Below, piece after piece: positions 39,615 to 50,101 of a DNA stretch of 64,000 nt. Origin of the DNA: Balanoglossus misakiensis (lineage: Eukaryota > Animalia > Hemichordata). Within the stretch, counting starts at the first letter, position 1; each line of letters begins with the position of its first letter. A program made the translations under genes and the position numbers. Location of the stretch: positions 15,569,903 to 15,633,902 of the forward strand of contig CM082577.2 in NCBI GenBank assembly GCA_040954595.2, written 5' to 3'. The notes under the pieces were generated by a model that did not search any database, was not told the DNA's origin, and saw only the letters and a list, made by a program, of their open reading frames with translations.

Positions 39615-40045
39615 CATGGCGTACTTACAAGATGTGATTATCCCACATCTGTGTTGGGACAGTTGGAACTTTTGATTAGAACTTAATTCACAACTTGTAA
39701 AGCACATAGGCAATAATTCACTTTAGTTTATTTTATTCCATTTTATCGTTCAATACTGAGCACGTTTGCATGCGCCAGTTTTTGTTGACGTTACTTATCC
39801 GAGCTATTTACATAATTGTTTTGTTTGGTTTGTTTATATTATTGTCTGTGCGACGTACACTGTTTACCATATTATGTTGGTTACTTTTTATTATTTAAAA
39901 AGGGGCAATAGCAAAAGTGGTGTATATTTGACTGATTTGTTAAATGTAGGTTTATTAGATGCATTTTATTAGATAAATGACATTCCAAATATAATCGCCT
40001 TGTTCTGTTTGTCACTTTTTTTAAAAATAGACATGGGAATGCCTG

Positions 40046-41131
40046 TCATGCATTTTTGTGTTGAACTAGGTGGGTAAAGTCGATCCGATGAGGCTCTCCA
40101 CCACCCAAATGCGTCCAAGTGAGGAAGTTAATGATTTTGGGAACATTGAGGGACCGATATTTTATGCGTACACCTGTCTCTTTTATCAACAGTTCAAATA
40201 ACAGAGTATGATCGTCATCGATGTCCACAAAATGGAAGGAAAACATTTCTAAATAATCCATCATTGTCACGATATTCTGTCCTAACGGGTTCAAGCAAAA
40301 CTGGGTCGCTTTCAACGCCCTACACAGCATGCAATGGTGTTGTCCAAATTGTTGATAACTTGTATTACATTTTTGCAATTCACCCGACACCAGTTTTTTT
40401 ATAGCGTCTGCATTTAGACATTCGCTCAGGATCAACTGATCGTCACAATCACAACGTTTGCTGATGTAGGTACTGATACAGTTAGTACCGCTTGAGCACG
40501 GACGGGTCGCAAAGTTGTGAAATTCGCGAGGGGTGAAACAACATTCATTCATCATCGAAAGCGACCAGACGTCCGGCTGGAGCATTTCGTTGGGAATGCT
40601 TTTCATTCTGTCCACAATTGTCGCACATTTCAAGATATCCGACGTGACTTTCCTCTGGATGTACCGTCTAAGCGACACGTCACTATCCTCGCGATGACCG
40701 CGAGACTTGACGAATTGATCAAACATGTCTGAGTCACAGCATGTCACGTCCCACGCCGCCTCGCCCTTTCCTACAACGCGTTTCCTAAACCGCGTAGCAG
40801 AACTTTTACTGGACGCGTGACAAGTATCGGCAATGACTCGTGGACTGTGATCCCAATGTCTCAGTATCCTCTTTCTACTGATGGCATTTTGAAATGTATT
40901 GTCTTCGTCTGACGACAAGCAAAATGCATCGTCCTCTTGGGAGGCTTTTACTGACTGTACGGAGTCTTGATCAGTGGGTGCTGTTCTTTGTGGCATTTCA
41001 GTAAATAACTCTGGTATGGTCTTTTGTTTTTTGGCCGACATCTCTCTATCCCTATCAAATGGTAGTGTGGCTTTAGGCGCGTCGCTTATGCCGTTAAATA
41101 CACAGGCTGAACTGGTGTTCACGGTAACCAC
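40046..41131 (-). CDS. Hypothetical Cys-rich protein (361 aa), possible Zn-binding
   Basis: Long ORF; PCSSGTNC..LSECL..HCMLCR motifs. Confidence 0.75.
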   Translation of the reverse strand: MVTVNTSSACVFNGISDAPKATLPFDRDREMSAKKQKTIPELFTEMPQRTAPTDQDSVQSVKASQEDDAFCLSSDEDNTFQNAISRKRILRHWDHSPRVIADTCHASSKSSATRFRKRVVGKGEAAWDVTCCDSDMFDQFVKSRGHREDSDVSLRRYIQRKVTSDILKCATIVDRMKSIPNEMLQPDVWSLSMMNECCFTPREFHNFATRPCSSGTNCISTYISKRCDCDDQLILSECLNADAIKKLVSGELQKCNTSYQQFGQHHCMLCRALKATQFCLNPLGQNIVTMMDYLEMFSFHFVDIDDDHTLLFELLIKETGVRIKYRSLNVPKIINFLTWTHLGGGEPHRIDFTHLVQHKNA

Positions 41132-41367
41132 GACTGTATTTTATCCTTGACTGTGTGTCCGATACTTTTAAATAATGTCAAATCTGAAAGAATCACTAAA
41201 GAGATTAGGATGACCAACAGAAATACAGTGCAAACGCTAGCACACAGGTTACACATGCCTCTGTCCACATTTCTGTCATTATGTCTACGTTAATGTCGCG
41301 TGTATGTTATTTTTACATCGATAGAGCTCTGATTATCAGAGATTAATTTGTCTTTATTATTATTGCT

Positions 41368-42846
41368 ATGAGTGATCCAAAGTGTACCATCAGGAGCGCA
41401 GAAGATTACAGACAGTGGGTCGAAACACGTAAAAGCGAAACGATGAAGGCGGCTTGTAAAGAGTTTGAGAAAGGCGGTCACACTCAACTTTTTCTTCTGG
41501 ATCAGGAACACATGGAAGTACTGCGAGACAGTTTTCACAACAATCCGATCTGTCACTGCGTTCTCACTCGAATTTCGGACAGTATTTCGGTGTCTGCTAT
41601 GTTTGAATCAGGTTTAGAATCGTGTGGCCTTCCAGGACACCAGAAAGATGACCCGCTTGTTTCGTGTAGAGTGGGTATACTGAACGACTTTGAAAAATCG
41701 TTGAAAGGGAAATTGCAGTCATTTATTCGTTCTGTAATCCGATCTGTGTGGATATATGGTTTTGTCGTCATAAGGGATTACACAGACGGTACATTTCCCG
41801 ATGTGCTTGACGACGACAGCTATGTTATTTTTCGAGGCGAGAGCGGAGAACTGTACGCGCGCGAAGTCACTGGTAAGGATGGGATACGAGTCGTATGCAG
41901 GGACCAGCCCGACATGAACGGTCGCGTCAGAGGTGCCATGTCTTATTTATATGATAGAAATTTGAAACTATTAAACTTGCACAGGTGCAGAGATATGAGC
42001 ATTCGAAATGCGTGTCGCCATTTTTTCGTGACAGGTTACAGAGATGATGAAGATGAAAAGGACTCCAAACGCAAACGCTTGGATGCGGATGAACTCGAAA
42101 ACAAATTAACTCAAAGCGCTATTCAAGCAGTTCTTCGTGCCAGGCTTGGTGTAAGTTCTTCTACCGCCCCAAATTCGAGTATATTAAACGAAGAACGTGA
42201 TAACATGTGTAATATACACGAAAAGTCTAAACTCATAGAGGAATTAGAACAAACTAAAACGCGAAATGCCACCTTGATGCGATGTCTGGGTGAGATAAAA
42301 CTGGGACAGTTATTCAACGGGCACGCCCGTTCTTCACAGGCGACTCTCGATAGTGAAGACGCATCCGACCACGTTGTCCAAAATCTTGGTGAAGACAAAA
42401 AACTCGAGGCCTATTCATTAAACGTTCGTCCACTCGATACAAGTGTGTATGAAGACAACTTCAACCAGCAGGTTCGCAACACTCTGTTGGGTAGTATCAC
42501 GCTTAAAAATAACGGTGATCCTGGACGAAGACATTGGGGAAAGCACGGTGCGCACGACGGTGTGTCCGGGAAGGAAAATGTGCAGTTGCTGGTTGACGCG
42601 TGCTCTCTGGCTTGGCAAGATTTTATAATAAATGCAGCTCTTGCCCCGTGGATTGAAAAAACGGGCGTTCGTTTGATACCTAAAAGAAGTAAACGCATCG
42701 AAGACTTACATTCAATTATCCCTTTCATGAAATATATAAAGAAGGACAGATTCACGAAAATACTCGCAGAAACGCTCGACGTACCAATGGACGATTTTGA
42801 TACGGGTGTAGAACAAAATTTGGATATATTTAAAGAGTTTGATTAA
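41368..42846 (+). CDS. 492-aa protein, candidate portal protein
   Basis: Long ORF; SFIRSVIRSVWIYGFVVI resembles the portal helix-Gly-strand motif; central coiled coil; size and context fit. The function is inference. Confidence 0.45.
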   Translation: MSDPKCTIRSAEDYRQWVETRKSETMKAACKEFEKGGHTQLFLLDQEHMEVLRDSFHNNPICHCVLTRISDSISVSAMFESGLESCGLPGHQKDDPLVSCRVGILNDFEKSLKGKLQSFIRSVIRSVWIYGFVVIRDYTDGTFPDVLDDDSYVIFRGESGELYAREVTGKDGIRVVCRDQPDMNGRVRGAMSYLYDRNLKLLNLHRCRDMSIRNACRHFFVTGYRDDEDEKDSKRKRLDADELENKLTQSAIQAVLRARLGVSSSTAPNSSILNEERDNMCNIHEKSKLIEELEQTKTRNATLMRCLGEIKLGQLFNGHARSSQATLDSEDASDHVVQNLGEDKKLEAYSLNVRPLDTSVYEDNFNQQVRNTLLGSITLKNNGDPGRRHWGKHGAHDGVSGKENVQLLVDACSLAWQDFIINAALAPWIEKTGVRLIPKRSKRIEDLHSIIPFMKYIKKDRFTKILAETLDVPMDDFDTGVEQNLDIFKEFD

Positions 42847-42849
42847 CAT

Positions 42850-43743
42850 ATGTTTATAGAAGTCAAAATGGTCGACAGTGACAGACGGATCGTGTCCACG
42901 CACGACATTATTTCGAATCGGTTCCTGAGATGCCGATTGAAAATTTACTTGCCTGGTTTAGTCTTATCCACAACCGTTATCAGTTCCGTTGATATGTGGC
43001 GAATTGGAATGCGTGAAATGAAGAAGGTCATGGATCAACGTGGTAAAACGCTAAACAAGAATATCATGCAGATGACGAAGTGTCCTCTGACATATTTATC
43101 CCATGAATTTCGCGATAATGGCGTTAAACGCGAATATTCAAGGGTAATAGCTAATTATAAAACGAGGGAACGTAAGAGATTAGAGGCAAAGGGGATTCGC
43201 GCGCTTGTGCATAGATTAACAGAATCGACGTACAATGACAAAGAGTCAATCGCAGCTTTAAGGTCTGATTTGACTAAAAGGGAACAGCGTATTTCGAGAC
43301 TCGACCTTAAAACACACACACAAGCGCCAATGTTACCATCGGTTAACCAGGTATGTCAATGTGCAAAAGCGGATATCTTGTATGATGGGGAACAAATGCC
43401 ACCGCGTGAAATTAACACTGGATCATCAGATAGTGAAGAAGAATATCAGACTGGTCACACCAGTGACAGCGATGGATACAACCACGACAATGAAGATAGT
43501 TCGGATGAGGAAGACATTGACGGTGACAGTGCGTTCGCACCCACACATAGAGAAAAACTGTGCAGTATGGCCTTCTTGAGACACAACCCTTATGGGGTTG
43601 TAGGGTTTAACACAAGGCACGATGAAGAGAGGTTACACTGGTATAGGCTAGTAAAAAAGAACGAGAAAAATAGGATAAACAGTGTTAAACATCTCAGTAT
43701 ACACGACGTGCGTCAATTATGGGCCAGAAAGCGTGTAAAGTAA
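42850..43743 (+). CDS. Hypothetical protein (297 aa), basic with an acidic Ser/Asp linker
   Basis: Long ORF starting 3 bp after the preceding stop. Confidence 0.7.
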   Translation: MFIEVKMVDSDRRIVSTHDIISNRFLRCRLKIYLPGLVLSTTVISSVDMWRIGMREMKKVMDQRGKTLNKNIMQMTKCPLTYLSHEFRDNGVKREYSRVIANYKTRERKRLEAKGIRALVHRLTESTYNDKESIAALRSDLTKREQRISRLDLKTHTQAPMLPSVNQVCQCAKADILYDGEQMPPREINTGSSDSEEEYQTGHTSDSDGYNHDNEDSSDEEDIDGDSAFAPTHREKLCSMAFLRHNPYGVVGFNTRHDEERLHWYRLVKKNEKNRINSVKHLSIHDVRQLWARKRVK

Positions 43744-43786
43744 ACTGTATATTAACGGGGTGGTTATGTCAATGGCATGATTGACG

Positions 43787-44332
43787 ATGATCAAATATTT
43801 CGCGTTCTATTTGGCATTTGTGTGCGTCGTAAGCGGCGTTACAACCGGTTACGGCATGACATTGTTAGACATTAGGAAGTGTACCAATGAAACAATTCCG
43901 TGGTACTGTGCAGACCATAGTTACTGTCCACCATGTAATGAATCTAAAACATATACGCGTGTTTGTTCTGATATCATAACAATAGGAAAATCTGACGACG
44001 ATCAGACTGTGTCTGTTGTCGGTAACATTTGCAACTGTACTTGCGGCAACATCACATGCGGCCGCATAAATTCCACATTCCATTTATACATTCGACAGCC
44101 ATCCGAATGTCAACTACCTGTAGATTGGAATGATTATCCATCTGTTGGTGATGATGTAACGCCCAATGACCGGTACGCACCAAAACAAGTTCAACAGAAC
44201 GTGCATACGTCAAATGACGGCCGCATCAGTATCTGTCCAATGTTTGGAGTGAACACAGCTGATTCTCCCATATCTTCAAGGTCGTCATTGATAACAGTTA
44301 TTCTCACATTGAGTGCGGTTGCTTTTCAATAA
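43787..44332 (+). CDS. Cys-rich secreted or GPI-anchored glycoprotein
   Basis: N-terminal signal peptide, ~10 Cys, sequons NET/NES/NCT/NIT/NST, hydrophobic C-terminus without a cytosolic tail; AATAAA at the stop. Confidence 0.75.
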   Translation: MIKYFAFYLAFVCVVSGVTTGYGMTLLDIRKCTNETIPWYCADHSYCPPCNESKTYTRVCSDIITIGKSDDDQTVSVVGNICNCTCGNITCGRINSTFHLYIRQPSECQLPVDWNDYPSVGDDVTPNDRYAPKQVQQNVHTSNDGRISICPMFGVNTADSPISSRSSLITVILTLSAVAFQ

Positions 44333-44751
44333 AATCACCCACTTCTTATTCACATACTTTTTCGTCTGAACTTTTATCAACATGCACAAGCACTTCTGGT
44401 TATAACAACAATGTTTTATTACGAAATTACATATACATGTATTTATATATATATATATATATATTTCTACAGCGATAATTGTGGAGTTCACACGGATATA
44501 TAGAGTACTGCTCTCCTGTTATTACGTAACATTTAAATACACGCCAAAAGCAGATACACACAATGGCCTCAAGAGGGCGTCCTAACACGGTGTACTTTTA
44601 GACAATGGTAAGTATTTAGCACGGACACTACAATAATCATATGATTTTAATAAAAGCATAAAATCGGATCTGATCGTTCAGAATACGTGTGGTGACGTGC
44701 TACACTTTATAAGTGTAGAACTCTGGATAGTGTAGATTATACACCCACGCG

Positions 44752-45315
44752 TCATGATTTCTTTTGTTTGTACTTTTCATGTTCTTTGCATATTAACCGT
44801 AACTCGCCGCAGATTGACCTTAACAATCTAAGGGTTTCCATAGTTATCGTTTTTATCCCAGAGTCCGGATCACATGCCTGTGTTTCTACCATCAACAGTA
44901 ATGTTCGGAACAGCCGGATCTGTTCGGCGTGCAGACGCTCCGCCGATGGAATCACGTGTAAAACAAAATGTATGTTAATTTCATCTTTTGTCAACCGCTT
45001 CAGGCTACATTTCAATGCATGCATGTCGGGTGATGACTCAGGAAAGGCGTTCGCGTAATCCGTCAAACATTCTTGAACATCGTCGACAAGGTTGGCATCT
45101 GGGACGTACCCTGATTCGGCATATTGTCTTTCAGCCCATGCGATGGGGTTAAGAGAAGGAGCGTTTCGTTGTTCGTTAGTGAGTTTAATCTTACATAATG
45201 GACAGGGGTTCTTATTCACTCCCATCCAATCCAGTTTGATCGTGGCTATTGGAGACAAATCGGATCGATTTGTACCGCCGTTTATCACGTCAATGAAGTC
45301 AATGCTACTGTTCAT
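44752..45315 (-). CDS. Hypothetical protein (187 aa) with CxxC...HxxxH putative Zn site
   Basis: CPLC ... INIHFVLH followed by a helical C-terminus. Confidence 0.7.
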   Translation of the reverse strand: MNSSIDFIDVINGGTNRSDLSPIATIKLDWMGVNKNPCPLCKIKLTNEQRNAPSLNPIAWAERQYAESGYVPDANLVDDVQECLTDYANAFPESSPDMHALKCSLKRLTKDEINIHFVLHVIPSAERLHAEQIRLFRTLLLMVETQACDPDSGIKTITMETLRLLRSICGELRLICKEHEKYKQKKS

Positions 45316-45545
45316 TGTTATGCCAATTACAAATTATGAAATATTAAAGATGTAATTACATGGTGTTTTTGTTCGATACAGACAGCTACTATTGTATAGA
45401 CTTTCTCTCGGCTGAATCCTCGGACAAGCGCACCTATGGATTATAACGAAATTGCGTAGTAAAGTCCCACTACATTTAATTACCTGCTACATTACATTAA
45501 TACATACAAAAATGAGTATAATACTTGCGAGGGGGGGTGGTGTGA

Positions 45546-45920
45546 TCAAAATACGACAAAATCTTTGTCATCAAGTATTAATTCTGTCCGGACATGCGTC
45601 TTTTGTAGGGGCTGGTCTATGCAATAATGTTCAGTTGTGGGACTAATGTGGCTTGAGGTAAACAGTGAGCTACCAAAATCCTCATCGATTAGTATGCTAC
45701 TGCCGGCGTCGCTATTGTCAACGTCTGATGGGGTCGTGATACCAACATTTTCAGGCGGGTGTGAGTGGTCTGTTTTATCATAGTCGCCAACTAACGTGCT
45801 GTCATCACTGTCAGAGTCTGACAAGAGTTTGTTACCACCATCTTGAAAGGAAGACAGTTCGTCTGCATTTGGTGATCTAGGCTCGTCGCCATGGTCCATG
45901 TATCCACTATGTTCAGACAT
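45546..45920 (-). CDS. Acidic Ser/Asp-rich low-complexity protein (124 aa)
   Basis: ATG-initiated ORF with biased composition, divergent from the 45988/46166 ORFs. Confidence 0.55.
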   Translation of the reverse strand: MSEHSGYMDHGDEPRSPNADELSSFQDGGNKLLSDSDSDDSTLVGDYDKTDHSHPPENVGITTPSDVDNSDAGSSILIDEDFGSSLFTSSHISPTTEHYCIDQPLQKTHVRTELILDDKDFVVF

Positions 45921-46165
45921 TCGATACTCTGTACAATCCTCTTATATTTAAGTCCACTCTTGACGCTAATACGTTTAAGTATATACCATGAGCCAACAGG
46001 GTACTGAAGAGTCCCCTGCTCCCGTGCAGCGACCTCCTTCTTCGCCCAAATCTTCAAAATCACCTCTGTCTAATGTCAGAGAAGCCGCAGATATCTTTAT
46101 GAGGATGTTACAGATTACAGTGCTTAACGTAACCGATTCAAACCCTGAAGGCAACAACGAAAGCC

Positions 46166-47686
46166 ATGACGACAGGAAGCACAAACAACTTGTATCTAGT
46201 CTCTCATGACTGTTCTTTGACACACATTGTTGGCACGCTCGAAGCACAATGTTCATTGGCGTGGCTTCGGTTCCTATACGAAAACAGACTGAGGCCATCG
46301 GCACCCAGAGAGACTGCCTCACTGACAACTGACTTATATGACATGGGAAAAACAATTGACAGGCACTATGTTAATGTCTATCCACCTCTATCGGAAGATA
46401 TTGCGCAAACACTACAACCCCTCCTACTCTGGTGCAAAACTCAACTCTCATTTCTGGAGCTGGTGAAACAAGGTCAACTACGGGCGACCTTGAACGGGTT
46501 AGCGAAGGGCCGTTGTACCGACCTGAAACTATTCGACAAGACGCTAAATGAACACATCCGTTTCCAATGGGCAGAAAAGGAGACAGATGAACTCTGTCAA
46601 CTCGCAGATGTGGTGATGGATTTTTTAATAATGTTCGGAACCATGCCCGCCCTTCCAAGAGACGTTATACACTCCTCATATGCCTGTTGGGAATGTCGTT
46701 TCGAAAATGCTTTACTGCCAAGAAATAGGGAGGAATTAGAGGTTGGTTGTTGCCATTTATATCGCGCGGTGTCATGCTCGGAGCAAGAAGACGACCCTAT
46801 ACCATGCCAAGCAACCAATAAACCGGAAATTATCGATACATCGGACGTTTCTGTATATCCGCTGGATGTACAGATGAGAGTTAGACAAGTGGCCCGTGAA
46901 AAGCAGCGACAGACACTCATACTACAAGAGATTGAAAAAGAAATCCAGACGTTAAACGTTCGATTGGAGTACCAATTGGCGCCGAAAGTACTATCTCTCG
47001 ACGTTTTCAACAAGGTAAAACGAGTGTGTGATGGTTTGGAACTAAGAAAGTCAGCGGCAGCTTTTTTCACAGATACCACACAACCAGTCCATATAGACAA
47101 TGCATGTTGTCGCAGATTGATGTATTTGATGGAACAGGTTACATGGAGCGAGATGCTACAAAATCGTGCGTTAGATCTATACTTTTGGTTGACGATGGAC
47201 CCTCTTACTCTAAGTAATAGCTCGTGGAGACTCGAGACCACATATAGAATGTGGAATGATGCCGCGGGTATGGACATTTTTAAAGTATGTACATTTATAG
47301 ACCAACTGAAAAAAACCCGCCCAGCCGACGTACTACGCGATGAAGGTGGTCCATGCAACCTATTATTCCGAAGTTGTTACATGCAGTGTCTACTGAAGGA
47401 ACTAGGACAAATCCATCACTTTCAAGCCCCTACAGCACACCGTGCAGATACCTGGGATAATACTTCCGACGGCATGATATTTTACTATGATAATGACTCG
47501 TTTGGTCTGTACATTACTGGTCGCGGTATACATTCTTTCCAGTACAAAGAGTCCGCAATCGCATTCACCGTGTGGTTATATCATACCACAATGAAAAATC
47601 AACCTATACATAGACATGTTTTTCAAGGCTGTCCACTAAAACCGGAACAACCGCTCTTTTATAGCGTACCCACCACAAAGTCATAG
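46166..47686 (+). CDS. Hypothetical protein (506 aa)
   Basis: Long ORF; CWEC..CCH motif and a coiled-coil segment; AATAAA at ~47810. Confidence 0.8.
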   Translation: MTTGSTNNLYLVSHDCSLTHIVGTLEAQCSLAWLRFLYENRLRPSAPRETASLTTDLYDMGKTIDRHYVNVYPPLSEDIAQTLQPLLLWCKTQLSFLELVKQGQLRATLNGLAKGRCTDLKLFDKTLNEHIRFQWAEKETDELCQLADVVMDFLIMFGTMPALPRDVIHSSYACWECRFENALLPRNREELEVGCCHLYRAVSCSEQEDDPIPCQATNKPEIIDTSDVSVYPLDVQMRVRQVAREKQRQTLILQEIEKEIQTLNVRLEYQLAPKVLSLDVFNKVKRVCDGLELRKSAAAFFTDTTQPVHIDNACCRRLMYLMEQVTWSEMLQNRALDLYFWLTMDPLTLSNSSWRLETTYRMWNDAAGMDIFKVCTFIDQLKKTRPADVLRDEGGPCNLLFRSCYMQCLLKELGQIHHFQAPTAHRADTWDNTSDGMIFYYDNDSFGLYITGRGIHSFQYKESAIAFTVWLYHTTMKNQPIHRHVFQGCPLKPEQPLFYSVPTTKS

Positions 47687-47869
47687 GACGGAATGAAAAT
47701 AGAGTGTGCATATAAGTTGATTCTGAATTTCATTCAATTCAAGACACGGTACACGTCTATGGCTTACGAAAAAAAATACTCACTGGTTGTGCATGTTTGT
47801 TTTATCATCAATAAATAACAAGTGACACATTTTCGATGTATTTGTTCATTACTTCGTTTTATTTTTTTC

Positions 47870-48466
47870 CTAAACTCTCTTCTTAGTGTCGCGAATGACT
47901 CTCCAGTTTACATCCAACTGTTTGTGAACATAAGGAAAAGTCCAGTCTTCACTTTTAATATTTTCGTCCCTGATTGTAGTCATCGCTTGAATAAATTCCT
48001 TATATTCTCTCCGGATAGATTCTATGGGATGGTCTAACTCCATGACAGTTGTGCGACCCCAAACAACAACCATGTTCTCTAGTTCCTTTAGTCTACTTCC
48101 TGCTTTGATGTGCATACTCATTTTCTTTTGTGGAGATTGGTCTGAATTATTTAGTATCATCACAAGTGACAGCACGATCGAGAAAACGGACAACTGGAGG
48201 ACAAACAGACATTGAAACGGTCGCTGATGGGAACTTACGTAGTCATTGAGTACGCTTCCGACATTTATCATACATCCACTGATTATTATTATCGATATAA
48301 ATCTCAAAAACCTTGTCCAAGTCTCGTATCGGTCAGCGCTCAGATAGTGCGATACACAGTGAAAATGCAACGAATGTGTAAAGTTTTCCGCCATATCGCG
48401 GAAATTCCTTCTGACATCTAATGCGTCGATTGGCCGATTTAAACCACAATGGCTTGAGTTTTCCAT
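47870..48466 (-). CDS. SLATT-like 2TM domain protein (~198 aa from MENSSH)
   Basis: SHYLSADRYETW + TM1, TM2, then PQKKMSMHIKAGSRLKEL: the H..a..Y / 2TM / P....H..a...l pattern of SLATT domains. Confidence 0.6.
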   Translation of the reverse strand: MENSSHCGLNRPIDALDVRRNFRDMAENFTHSLHFHCVSHYLSADRYETWTRFLRFISIIIISGCMINVGSVLNDYVSSHQRPFQCLFVLQLSVFSIVLSLVMILNNSDQSPQKKMSMHIKAGSRLKELENMVVVWGRTTVMELDHPIESIRREYKEFIQAMTTIRDENIKSEDWTFPYVHKQLDVNWRVIRDTKKRV

Positions 48467-48571
48467 AATTATTATACAAACTGTACTAACGTTCGCAAAT
48501 TGTGACCGCGTTCTTCTGTTTTCTCGCACGCATGGCTGGGTACTTGGTGTGCCTTTAATATCAATATATCC

Positions 48572-48844
48572 GTGGAAGGCATCTATGCAAACATTGACTT
48601 TGAAGACAGACTCTGTGGAATATGTACAGGAGGTGTGGAGGATGAATTTCATGTAATATTTTTATGCCCATTGTTTCAGAGCTTAAGATATTCATTACCA
48701 CACGACAACTCCGAGTCTCTTTATGAAGAGAAATTTGTAACACTGATGAGGTCAAAGTCGCCAGCAGTGTTAAGAAACCTTGGCAAATTTGTACATGTCT
48801 ATATCTCGTCGGTAAATCACCATCTTACATGTACTTCGATATAA
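48572..48844 (+). mobile_element. 3' fragment of a non-LTR retrotransposon ORF2 (C-terminal CCHC finger)
   Basis: EDRLCGICTGGVEDEFHVIFLCPLFQSLR matches the R.C..C...EDE.H....CP....R LINE motif; no RT domain nearby. Confidence 0.75.
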
Positions 48845-48851
48845 CCTTAAG

Positions 48852-49394
48852 CTATGCGAACCCCTTTACAACCTGAGCGACTTTATCTTCTAATTCACCC
48901 AGGCGCTGTCTCAAATTGTTTGTTTCTTGGCCGTGTACAGTACGGTGATTATGTAATACCCGAGCATTGGATATTGCATTGTACCTATTATACAGTGCCA
49001 TCAAGACAACGGACATCATATCTCCTACGTGAATACACAATCTGGCGTGGAAATCAGTTTCGGATATTTGTCGAAATCTTAAATCGAGCAAAGATAGACT
49101 GGCTAGACGAATAAAAGATTCCGCCAGAAAATATGAAAAGGTATCCGTTGAGTCATAAACACGAGATAGAATCCCCACCAATGTCCACTTTAGCCCGCAA
49201 AACAAAGCGGCAAAAAACAATTGGAAATTAATTCCGACTGAAGATATATAGTTATAACGATCATCCCCAAAAGTCTTGGCGATACTACCGTTGACTTCAA
49301 GATGGGAAATAGACAGATAAGTTCCTATTATATAGGCCAACGATGCAAACACTAACGTGGAATATTTAGCAAATCGACTTTCTAACCGTCGCAT
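48852..49394 (-). CDS. Multi-pass membrane protein (180 aa) with C-terminal coiled coil
   Basis: Three to four hydrophobic segments; NLRQRLGELEDKV tail. Confidence 0.65.
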   Translation of the reverse strand: MRRLESRFAKYSTLVFASLAYIIGTYLSISHLEVNGSIAKTFGDDRYNYISSVGINFQLFFAALFCGLKWTLVGILSRVYDSTDTFSYFLAESFIRLASLSLLDLRFRQISETDFHARLCIHVGDMMSVVLMALYNRYNAISNARVLHNHRTVHGQETNNLRQRLGELEDKVAQVVKGFA

Positions 49395-49459
49395 ATTGGC
49401 ACTTATGGGTTATTTACGTCAACACGATGCACAAGCAACGTTATTAAGTTCTCATAGAT

Positions 49460-50101
49460 ATGTGGTTATTTCGGAACAAACGAGCAGAAAGCAAGGAAGA
49501 AGAAGCGCGTAAGAAACGCATTGAAAAACAGAGGGAGATCGCATTGCTGATCAAATCAAACGAACAGAAAGCCAACGACCTAGGTAAAAAAATTGTGTCG
49601 CTAGCGCTGGATAATACCGCCCCCACGCGTCGCTTTTCTACAGCCTACAAAGAAAAACTAGCCGCAGTGAATGCCACACTCCTCGAGAAAGTAACCACTG
49701 GATTAGTCAAGTTAGAAAGTCTGTCAGTGGATATCCAACTAGAAGATCTCCGCGTCCAACAAAGTCGTTTTCAACAGTCCCGATATAAACTACTTCAAGA
49801 GGAAGAACGAGTGTTGGCGCGTAATTTGAATAAGTGCCCACCAAAGAGAATTAGAGCACAGTCCAATCGTTTAAACCGACTACGAGAAGCCAACCGTTAC
49901 AGAGACGAAATTATACAAGACTTGTACGAAGACAGTGATGAAGACTGTCAAGATTCGGCCTTTTGTCAAGCCGGTCTCGAAACTGTTGAAGAATTGCGCA
50001 ATCAATTCACGGAGTCATCGTTGCTGGAGGCACCTAACGTTGTTTTAGGCAGCCTATCTTTAGAAGACAACGATACAGCAACACGCACCAAGCACAGTTA
50101 A
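49460..50101 (+). CDS. ESCRT-III/Snf7-like helical protein (213 aa)
   Basis: MWLF-basic N-terminus, long basic helices, acidic C-terminal region and LLEAPNV segment; size matches CHMP proteins. The family call is inference. Confidence 0.45.
   Translation: MWLFRNKRAESKEEEARKKRIEKQREIALLIKSNEQKANDLGKKIVSLALDNTAPTRRFSTAYKEKLAAVNATLLEKVTTGLVKLESLSVDIQLEDLRVQQSRFQQSRYKLLQEEERVLARNLNKCPPKRIRAQSNRLNRLREANRYRDEIIQDLYEDSDEDCQDSAFCQAGLETVEELRNQFTESSLLEAPNVVLGSLSLEDNDTATRTKHS

Noticed and set aside
46597-47358. 253-aa antisense ORF and other short ORFs overlapping long genes
   Set aside because: Shadow frames of longer ORFs with no motifs.
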